Shown in pieces: positions 1 through 6,323 of a DNA stretch of 32,000 nt (the first letter of the stretch is position 1; the number at the start of each line of letters is the position of its first letter). This DNA is from Candidatus Tenderia sp. (GTDB lineage: Bacteria; Pseudomonadota; Gammaproteobacteria; Tenderiales; Tenderiaceae). Location of the stretch: assembly GCA_031416075.1 (NCBI GenBank), contig JANOSY010000017.1, positions 121,691 through 153,690 of the forward strand. Direction: 5' to 3'. The notes beneath the pieces were generated by a model that had not been told where the DNA came from, did no database searches, and saw only the letters and a program-made list of their open reading frames with translations. The position numbers and the translations under genes were made by a program.

Positions 1-980
1 TCACCCAGCACGGCCAAGTGACATTCCAGGTGCGGCACGTGCGTGAAATGGCGATCTTCGAAATCAAAGACTCCGGCCCCGGCATCCCGCCGCAAGAGCT
101 GGAGCAGATCTTCGAACCGTTTGCCCGCGGCAGTAACAGCAGCAGCACCAGCAGCAGCGGCACCGGTCTGGGGCTAACCGTCAGCAACATGCTCACCAAC
201 CTGATGGGCGGCGAGCTATCAGCACACAGCGCACAAGGGGCAGGCAGCACCTTTCAGATACGGCTGTTCCTGCCCGAAGTGCGCGACTTCAAACCCAGCA
301 AGGCAGAGACAACACAACGCATCGGTTATGTGGGCAAACGCCGCAGCGTGTTGATTGTGGACAACGAAGCCGTCGATCGAGAACTGCTCGCCAGCGTGCT
401 GGAGCCACTAGACTTCCAGGTACAACAAGCCGCCTCCGGCGCCGAGGCACTGGCAATGCTGCACGACTTCACACCCGACCTGATCCTGATGGATCTCGCC
501 ATGCCCGGCATCGACGGCTGGGAGACCATCCGCCGCATCCGCCAGCAACAACTCACCACCGCACAGATCGCCATCGTCTCCGCCAACGCCTTCGACAAAG
601 GGTTGGAAAACGACGCCGGCATCACCCCCGACAACTTCATCGTCAAACCGGTGCAGGTAGATGAGTTTCTCGACTGGCTCGGTGCTTGTCTCAATCTTGA
701 ATGGATAAAACAGGAATTTGAGACACTGCAAGATCTCGTCATCGCAGATGATTACACAGAGATGCACTACCCACCCGAAACGCTACTGCGCGACCTGGAT
801 GAGGTAATCTCATTAGGCTACGTGCGCGGCATACTAAAAAAATGTGACGAGATCGAAGCCGCCGACAAACAACACAACCACTTTGTCAGCGCCATACGCA
901 CACTCACCAGCCAGTTTCAGATGGAGGCGTTAGCGCAACTAGTAAAAGAGGGATTGATCCGTGCCAGAACACCATCCTGA
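1..980 (+). CDS. Hybrid sensor histidine kinase, C-terminal part (HATPase_c, receiver domain and a ~110-aa helical tail). The 5' end lies upstream of the window.
   Basis: Frame 3 is open from base 3 (ORF track 18..980). ATP-lid motifs DSGPGI and GTGLGL are followed by a receiver domain (VLIVDNE...DLILMDLAMPGIDGWE...VKP). Stop TGA at 978-980. Confidence 0.85.
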   Translation, partial: TQHGQVTFQVRHVREMAIFEIKDSGPGIPPQELEQIFEPFARGSNSSSTSSSGTGLGLTVSNMLTNLMGGELSAHSAQGAGSTFQIRLFLPEVRDFKPSKAETTQRIGYVGKRRSVLIVDNEAVDRELLASVLEPLDFQVQQAASGAEALAMLHDFTPDLILMDLAMPGIDGWETIRRIRQQQLTTAQIAIVSANAFDKGLENDAGITPDNFIVKPVQVDEFLDWLGACLNLEWIKQEFETLQDLVIADDYTEMHYPPETLLRDLDEVISLGYVRGILKKCDEIEAADKQHNHFVSAIRTLTSQFQMEALAQLVKEGLIRARTPS

Positions 981-1902
981 CCAGACCACTATCGGAACAG
1001 TTCTGATCGTGGACGACATTCCAGAAAACCTATCGCTGCTGCACGACGCACTCGACGAAGCAGACTACAAAGTACTGGTCGCCACCAACGGCGAAAGCGC
1101 CATTCAACGCGCACGCCAGGGCGCACCCAATGTCATCCTGCTCGACGCCATGATGCCCGGCATGGACGGCTTTGAAGTCTGCCGCCGCCTCAAGGCCGAC
1201 TACACCACCCAACAGATCCCCATCATCTTCATGACCGGACTCACAGAGTCGCAACACGTCGTCGCCGCCTTTGATGCTGGCGGCACCGACTACGTCACCA
1301 AACCGATCAAACCGCCCGAAGTGCTTGCCCGCATCAACGCACACCTGCAACGCGCCCGCGCCACCTCCCAGGCACGCACAGCACTCGACGCCTTTGGCCA
1401 GGCCACCATCGCCATCAACCTGCACGACAAAATACTCACCTGGCAAACGCCGTTAGCACGACAGATGCTACACGAGTTTTTTGATGCGCCTGACGGAGTA
1501 GCACCCGCGCAACTGCTGGAGTGGCTGCACAACACCATCGACGCACGGGCAGCGGGCAACGCCCCAACACCACTGCAAAAAACGGACAACAACAAACGGC
1601 TCATCGTCACCCTCTCAGCCCACACCGACGAAGGCGAATGGCTGCTCATGCTGCGCGAAGAGTCCGACGCCGCACAGATCGAAACACTCATCAGTGCCTT
1701 CAAACTCACGCAGCGCGAAGCAGAAGTGCTCTACTGGGTAGCCAAAGGCAAAACCAGCCGCGACATCGGCGACATCCTCGGCAGCAGCCCACGCACCGTC
1801 AACAAACACCTCGAACACATCTTTACCAAACTCGGCGTAGAGACACGCACCGCCGCAGTGGCGATGGCGATGGAAAAATTTCGCACCGGCCTGACAACCT
1901 AA
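961..1902 (+). CDS. Response regulator: REC domain, ~100-aa middle domain, LuxR/FixJ-type HTH
   Basis: N-terminal receiver (VLIVDDIPENL...ILLDAMMPGMDGFEV...TKP). C-terminal LuxR HTH (LTQREAEVLYWVAKGKTSRDIGDILGSSPRTVNKHLEHIFTKLGV). GTG start at 961 with AGAGGGA 6 nt upstream. It overlaps the kinase gene by 20 nt. Confidence 0.85.
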   Translation: MPEHHPDQTTIGTVLIVDDIPENLSLLHDALDEADYKVLVATNGESAIQRARQGAPNVILLDAMMPGMDGFEVCRRLKADYTTQQIPIIFMTGLTESQHVVAAFDAGGTDYVTKPIKPPEVLARINAHLQRARATSQARTALDAFGQATIAINLHDKILTWQTPLARQMLHEFFDAPDGVAPAQLLEWLHNTIDARAAGNAPTPLQKTDNNKRLIVTLSAHTDEGEWLLMLREESDAAQIETLISAFKLTQREAEVLYWVAKGKTSRDIGDILGSSPRTVNKHLEHIFTKLGVETRTAAVAMAMEKFRTGLTT

Positions 1903-1917
1903 CTTGTATCAACAATG

Positions 1918-1946
1918 TTGCAACATCGCTTTCGCCGGCCTATAGT
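1918..1946 (+). promoter_or_regulatory. Sigma70-type promoter for mazEF (TTGCAA, 17-nt spacer, TATAGT), with the palindrome ATGTTGCAACAT over the -35 box
   Basis: TTGCAA at 1918-1923, a 17-nt spacer, TATAGT at 1941-1946. AAGGAG RBS at 1966-1971 precedes the ATG at 1979. The perfect 12-bp palindrome spans 1914-1925. Confidence 0.5.
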
Positions 1947-1978
1947 ATCTACATTAACGATACGCAAGGAGATTCAAT

Positions 1979-2221
1979 ATGCGCGTAACAATTAAAAAGT
2001 GGGGCAACAGTGCATCCGTTCGGATACCTGCATCGGTAATGCAAGCCGCCCACCTACAGTTGGATGAGGATGTCGAGGTCCGAGAAGAAGATGGTCGAAT
2101 TGTTATAGAACCCGTTCGCCCAGCTTTATATGATCTTTCCCTGCTCCTGGATGGCATCACCGCTGACAACATGCACACAGAAGTTGATTTCGGGGCGCCA
2201 GCTGGAAAGGAACTGCTCTAA
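1979..2221 (+). CDS. mazE: MazE antitoxin (SpoVT/AbrB fold)
   Basis: MRVTIKKWGNSASVRIPASVMQAAHLQLDEDVEV...IVIEPV aligns closely with my recollection of E. coli MazE ([20 protein letters not shown]...LIIEPV). Its stop overlaps the mazF start (TAATG). Confidence 0.9.
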   Translation: MRVTIKKWGNSASVRIPASVMQAAHLQLDEDVEVREEDGRIVIEPVRPALYDLSLLLDGITADNMHTEVDFGAPAGKELL

Positions 2222-2553
2222 TGCCAAACCGCTATGTACCTGAGTCAGGCGATATTGTTTGGCTACAGTTCGACCCCCAGGCAGGTCATGAACAGGCGGG
2301 CCATCGACCGGCATTAGTGATCAGTCCCGCATCCTACAATGGCAAAACAGGTCTTATGGTCTGCTGCCCCATGACCAGCAAAATCAAAGGCTACCCATTC
2401 GAAGTTGTCATTGGTAAAGGTCGTGAAGGCGCGGCACTGGCCGACCAGATAAAAAGTCTGGATTGGCGGGCACGTAAAGCAACCCGCAAAGGTAAAGCCT
2501 CGGGATCTGAGCTACAGGAGGTTAAGGCCAAGATCGCAGCTCTATTGTTATAG
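2221..2553 (+). CDS. mazF: MazF/PemK-family mRNA interferase toxin
   Basis: RYVPESGDIVWLQFDPQAGHEQAGHRPALVISP...KGYPFEVVI...ALADQIKSLDWRARKA is near-collinear with E. coli MazF (RYVPDMGDLIWVDFDPTKGSEQAGHRPAVVLSP...KGYPFEVVL...ALADQVKSIAWRARGA). Confidence 0.9.
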   Translation: MPNRYVPESGDIVWLQFDPQAGHEQAGHRPALVISPASYNGKTGLMVCCPMTSKIKGYPFEVVIGKGREGAALADQIKSLDWRARKATRKGKASGSELQEVKAKIAALLL

Positions 2554-2790
2554 CAAGAGCTATTAGAATCTCTACATCATTTAAAAAGCATCCACTTACA
2601 TAAAAAATACCTGCTTGAAAAATTAGGGAATCGCTTAAAATGACACGCCAATATTAAAAATTTCCCCCTGTTGTCAGGCCAACAAAGTATATGTAGCCAT
2701 GCTTTTTTGTCATTCACAGGGGAACCGAGTATAAACTCTAAAGCAGGTAACATCCTAAACCGGGGTGTTTAAACATGTTATAAAACAATA

Positions 2791-3429
2791 ATGAGCCTAG
2801 ATCTAATCACAATAATTTTATCCCTGATTTCCCTCTACGTCTCAGTCAGAGTCGCTTGGGAAACAAGCTTCAGACCTGCAAAAATTGTAGCCGTCATGCC
2901 GCATTGCGTAATGTGGCAATTCTCATCATGGAAAGGAGACAGACCAACTGGTGATGTGATTAGCCGGCAAATGACGCCGTATCTTAGGATTAGAAATTTT
3001 GGTATAAAGCCTGTTGTTATAGAAGACCTCAGAATTAAATTCAAAACCCAAAATTCTGCTGTATTCGCTTATCCTGTTAACAAGGTAGCGGATGAAGTTA
3101 TAGAGGCACCAGGAAATAATAATCAGCAGCTTGGCTTGGGTCAAGGCGCTCCATTTTGCGGGATTTTCTTAGCCGCGAATCAAGAATGGAAAAATTCATA
3201 TGCATTTTCCATGAGCGTAAATGACTACGAAATACTAATCCAAGACGTAAATGTATATGTTGAAATTAGAACAGGAGGAAGCAATAAATGGAAAACAATA
3301 CACAAGGATATTTTTTCGTTCGGTAGCATGCCATATCATTTGCGCCCATTAAAAACTGATACTACCGCTACTGGATCTAGGAATAGCCATGTTTATTCTA
3401 AAAGATGGAATGATGCACATGGAAAATAA
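2791..3429 (+). CDS. Hypothetical membrane-anchored protein (one N-terminal TM helix, then a beta-rich ~185-aa domain)
   Basis: 212-aa ORF in the AT-rich island. The N-terminus LITIILSLISLYVSVRVAW is a single hydrophobic helix. I recognise no family motif. Confidence 0.55.
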   Translation: MSLDLITIILSLISLYVSVRVAWETSFRPAKIVAVMPHCVMWQFSSWKGDRPTGDVISRQMTPYLRIRNFGIKPVVIEDLRIKFKTQNSAVFAYPVNKVADEVIEAPGNNNQQLGLGQGAPFCGIFLAANQEWKNSYAFSMSVNDYEILIQDVNVYVEIRTGGSNKWKTIHKDIFSFGSMPYHLRPLKTDTTATGSRNSHVYSKRWNDAHGK

Positions 3430-3516
3430 GTTTTCTAACAACTCGTTTAAGTTATGCTCACGCTAATCACACGGCCACTTAACTCAAACGTTAGGCCAGC
3501 ACATTTTAAGAGCAGT

Positions 3517-3639
3517 ATGATGAATAAAACAATCTTAACCACGAGCATTCTGTTGTTATCCTTACTCTCAGGCCAGAGTAATGCAGATAATATTTCTAGA
3601 TATGCAATAGGTAGTACCGGCTATCTAATGAAGCAATAA
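3517..3639 (+). CDS. Small ORF that is essentially only a signal peptide (MMNKTILTTSILLLSLLSGQSNA/DN...). It may be a decayed 5' end of the downstream amidase gene.
   Basis: Internal ATG of ORF 3454..3639. It has a classic n-h-c signal peptide with an SNA-D cleavage site. It shares the reading frame of the amidase ORF (3703), separated from it by TAA 3637-3639 and TGA 3676-3678. Confidence 0.3.
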   Translation: MMNKTILTTSILLLSLLSGQSNADNISRYAIGSTGYLMKQ

Positions 3640-3702
3640 GCAATAGGGGACAGACCACTGTATTTTCCTAAATACTGATCCAACCAATCAAAAGGAAACA
3701 CC

Positions 3703-4302
3703 ATGATCGTAATTGACAAAGACGGAAAGGTCGTTGATAAAAAAATAAAATTAAAAATAGTTCCTGCGATTGAGAAAAATCCAATGGCAAAAGTCAGAGG
3801 AATAATAATACATCAAACAGGAGGGTCAACCGCCGAATCCGCATTCAACAGTTATAAAACGGGTAGCGCGGGTGCTCATTTCCTTATCGATAAAGATGGG
3901 GCAATTTATCAAACTGCTTCAGTTATAAAACAGACTTGGCATGTTGGTAAGTTAAGATCACGGTGCCTGGCAGAAATGACATGCACGGCAACAGAACTCA
4001 GTTTACTCAAAAAATTCGATCCTACTCGGACACATCGTAGAGAAACAGGAAAGAACGTTCCCGATCGATACCCTTCAAACCAAGATAGTATAGGCATCGA
4101 AATTGTAGGCCAGGCGTTACCTTTAACGGAACCCGATCCAGATAAAAGAAGTTATGAGGCACTAACCAAAGAACAGAGCGAACAGCTAAAGTGGCTTATT
4201 CAGGAGCTAAGGGCATCCCTTAAGGTACCTTTGACAGAAATTTTTCGGCATCCTACGGTCTCTTATAAGAACAAAACAGAGGCGGGGAATGCGTCATGGT
4301 GA
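3703..4302 (+). CDS. N-acetylmuramoyl-L-alanine amidase (Amidase_2 / PGRP / T7-lysozyme fold), no signal peptide
   Basis: Motifs IIIHQTGG, GAHFLIDKDGAIYQ, WHVG, SIGIEIVG and a C-terminal RHPTVSYKNKTE match the Amidase_2 pattern of zinc ligands and core strands. AAGGA RBS before the ATG. I see no hydrophobic leader. Confidence 0.75.
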   Translation: MIVIDKDGKVVDKKIKLKIVPAIEKNPMAKVRGIIIHQTGGSTAESAFNSYKTGSAGAHFLIDKDGAIYQTASVIKQTWHVGKLRSRCLAEMTCTATELSLLKKFDPTRTHRRETGKNVPDRYPSNQDSIGIEIVGQALPLTEPDPDKRSYEALTKEQSEQLKWLIQELRASLKVPLTEIFRHPTVSYKNKTEAGNASW

Positions 4303-4754
4303 AGCGATTACTTATTACTTCTGCTTTGATTCTATCTGGATGCTCATCAAGTGATCATGAAACAACAACCAAACAAAAATCGCCTGAAAATGTATTAAGC
4401 ATTGAGTCTATAAAAATAGAGCATAACGGTGACTTCTCAAACTACATTAGCTCTGATGAAACGTCTGAAATGTGCAAAGACTTTGTTTTAGATAAAGCAG
4501 ACGTATTAAATTTTTTTACAACGGCGCGCTCGGCAACTTCAAGAGAGTATGAACATGATCTGACGGCATCAAACTGCTTTGCCAGCGGAACTTTCATTTC
4601 CAACAGTGGTGTTAGTGGTGATTGGAAAATTGACCGTTCAAGAAGAGGGACACTTCATGTGCAGGACAAGGCACCTGAATATTATTATTGCAGTGAGTGC
4701 AAAAGCCAGCTGTTTTACGAAGCGTGTGACATAGATTGTGCTCACGGTGAGTAA
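4296..4754 (+). CDS. Cys-rich lipoprotein, translationally coupled to the amidase (candidate immunity or partner protein)
   Basis: Lipobox LILSG-C at residues 12-16 (MVKRLLITSALILSGCSS). Six further cysteines are concentrated at the C-terminus (YYCSECKSQLFYEACDIDCAHGE). Its ATG overlaps the amidase stop (ATGGTGA, 4296-4302). Confidence 0.7.
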   Translation: MVKRLLITSALILSGCSSSDHETTTKQKSPENVLSIESIKIEHNGDFSNYISSDETSEMCKDFVLDKADVLNFFTTARSATSREYEHDLTASNCFASGTFISNSGVSGDWKIDRSRRGTLHVQDKAPEYYYCSECKSQLFYEACDIDCAHGE

Positions 4755-4823
4755 TCAACAGGGCTACCATGTAAATCACAACCTCCCCAAACAAAGTAGA
4801 CCCAGCCGTATGTAGCCAAGTAA

Positions 4824-4952
4824 GGTGCATTCCATGCACCATCACCACAACCAGTGATTATGTGTTTCATGTTTGATACACAATCAAAAAAGTGCGCTGA
4901 CAAATTATCGGTGTCTAATGGGTAATTTAAAAAATGGTGCATGGAATGCACC
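4824..4952. repeat. Inverted pair of a 19-nt hairpin repeat (GGTGCATTCCATGCACCAT), REP/MITE-like
   Basis: 4824-4842 reads GGTGCATTCCATGCACCAT and 4934-4952 is its exact reverse complement. Each copy is itself a 7-bp stem with a 3-nt loop (GGTGCAT-TCC-ATGCACC). The flanks (gccaagtaa / ttagtaggc-type) extend the similarity imperfectly. Confidence 0.8.
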
Positions 4953-4991
4953 CTACTAAGCCGGATTCAACAAACACGCTGTCAGTCCCTC

Positions 4992-5729
4992 TTAACCGCC
5001 ATGGATGTAATGGATGGTTTTTAAGTTTAGCTTACCGCTAAATCCTCTTATTATCTCAAACCCCTTGTCACCAAAAAGGCGCGCTAGAAATGCGCGGTAC
5101 TTACACACTGGACGTTTGTTAACCTGACTTATGTAGGCGTCGACACTTTTTTCCATTGAGTCCCATCCCAAGACAGAAGCGGTGGCGTCAGTATTTTTTT
5201 TTACCCCACAAAAGTAAACGTCAAAAGATCTCCAATTAACCCAAAATTGATAATTCGAAAACCCCATCTCCAAATCAAGCTTTTTCTTAAAGTCACTTGG
5301 AAGTAAATTGTGATAATAGTTCCATCCCATTTCAACCGTTAGCGGGGAAGCTTGCGGGTCAGTCCTGGCGGTGCCGTGCTCTTTTCTTCCGTGAGTTGCG
5401 CAGGTCATTAGCACAAGCCCTCCGGGCTTACACACGCGAAGCATATTCTGAAAAGTCTCAACCCAGTGTGGGTTATGTTCCATAGCCTCACACGAAATGA
5501 CCTGATCGAAGTAATTATCGGGACCATCGTAATCTTGACCCTGGCAAACGATATCAACATTCTTACCTTCCGAAATATCAAGGCCCGTATAGTCGCAATT
5601 ACTAAAATAATCTTTGACGGAACCGTTAATATCCAAAGAGCCGATTTCTAAAACTTTGCTATTAGTAAAATATTGGTTCATTTCGGCAGAAATCAATTTT
5701 ACGAAATCACGCTGTGCAGGATGTGACAT
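4992..5729 (-). CDS. Class I SAM-dependent methyltransferase
   Basis: Motif I-like VLEIGSLDINGS, an acidic loop TGLDIS, a post-I/II region FDQVISCEAMEHN and KPGGLVLM are typical of Methyltransf_11/23-type enzymes. 245 aa, AT-rich. Confidence 0.7.
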   Translation of the reverse strand: MSHPAQRDFVKLISAEMNQYFTNSKVLEIGSLDINGSVKDYFSNCDYTGLDISEGKNVDIVCQGQDYDGPDNYFDQVISCEAMEHNPHWVETFQNMLRVCKPGGLVLMTCATHGRKEHGTARTDPQASPLTVEMGWNYYHNLLPSDFKKKLDLEMGFSNYQFWVNWRSFDVYFCGVKKNTDATASVLGWDSMEKSVDAYISQVNKRPVCKYRAFLARLFGDKGFEIIRGFSGKLNLKTIHYIHGG

Positions 5730-5805
5730 TTTTACCCCTAAACGATGTTAATTAATGAAATTATTCTGTCTCAAGAGTTTTTCGGTAGCTATCCGCGCGA
5801 TGCTT

Positions 5806-6130
5806 GCTTAACATTCGCTAACCGCCATGGAGAGCGAGGCGAGGGCGGTTAGTCCCCGATAGGCGACCCCGTCCGCAGACTCGTAGTTGGGAGCGTTAGC
5901 GAGCGACGAAGAGGATGCGACTACGGGTATAGTCGCCGTAGAGTCATTGTGGCAGCCGTGTCGTAGTGTGGCAAGTCCATTTATGGACAATGCCATACGG
6001 AGACGCGGCGGACACAGGACGGTCGGGGCAAAAGGAATCAGCTGTCGCGTAAGTGAGTCTATTTTGGGCATGGACGCCCAAAATAAACAGCATCGGGGAC
6101 AGACACAGCATCGAGGACAGACCACGGTTT
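5806..6130. other. GC-rich non-coding segment with several stable hairpins and an 18-nt tandem duplication (candidate structured RNA or decayed element)
   Basis: Hairpins: 5818-5826/5844-5852 (9 bp), 5917-5923/5930-5936 (7 bp), a long imperfect one at 5956-6000, and 6061-6069/6076-6084 (9 bp, ATTTTGGGC/GCCCAAAAT). Tandem CAGCATCGGGGACAGACA / CAGCATCGAGGACAGACC at 6088-6123. The ORFs here have no RBS and odd composition. Confidence 0.4.
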
Positions 6131-6323
6131 TTCACCCTAAGTTGACCCCAAAAAAAACAACTAACTCAAGCATAAACCGCATCGTACTACTCGCATTTCA
6201 CCCACCAAGCGTCTCTCCCCTTCCCCCATACGCAATCTGACGTATTGCGGGAAAAGTTCCCCAACCCTACTCTGAACCCGTCACTGTTTTTGCACCTCAC
6301 TTTTAATCACGGGAGTTTCTGCC

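Noticed and set aside
4296-4754. The lipoprotein as a phage unimolecular spanin
   Set aside because: u-spanins need a C-terminal transmembrane helix. This protein ends in a polar Cys-rich segment (…CDIDCAHGE), so the spanin interpretation is unsupported.
4612-4951. Minus-strand ORFs 4612..4848 and 4742..4951
   Set aside because: They overlap the lipoprotein gene end and are built from the REP hairpins (translated as ...GAWNAPY... / MHSMHH...). They have no RBS and are likely spurious.
4993-5005. 13-nt identity TAACCGCCATGGA shared with 5819-5831
   Set aside because: With about 1e9 position pairs in a 32-kb two-strand comparison, several 13-mer matches are expected by chance. There is no extended similarity around the match.
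2556-5800. tRNA/tmRNA gene or att-type direct repeats at the AT-rich island borders
   Set aside because: I found no T-loop-like GGTTCGAATCC-type sequence and no direct repeat of 10 nt or more shared by the two borders. Only trivial 6-mers are shared.
5990-6040. Possible guanidine-I (ykkC) riboswitch, suggested by GACGGTCGGGGCAAAAGG resembling ACGGCGGGACAAAAGCC
   Set aside because: The other invariant blocks I remember (CUAGGGUUCCG, GGUCCGAGAG) are absent on either strand, so the resemblance is partial and probably fortuitous. An Infernal scan would settle it.
6088-6123. CRISPR-like or tandem-repeat array
   Set aside because: There are only two adjacent 18-nt copies with no spacers and no cas genes, so this is a simple tandem duplication.
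5808-6240. Overlapping ORFs 5808..6125(-), 5887..6240(+) and 5944..6135(-)
   Set aside because: They are mutually overlapping on both strands, have no Shine-Dalgarno sequence, and translate tandem repeats (HRGQTQHRGQT). They are treated as non-coding structured DNA instead.
6240-6323. Sigma54 (-24 GG / -12 GC) promoter upstream of the porin-urt operon, expected for nitrogen-regulated urea uptake
   Set aside because: The only TTGCA (6289-6293) has no GG at the required 10-11-nt upstream spacing. No convincing TGGCAC-N5-TTGC is visible.
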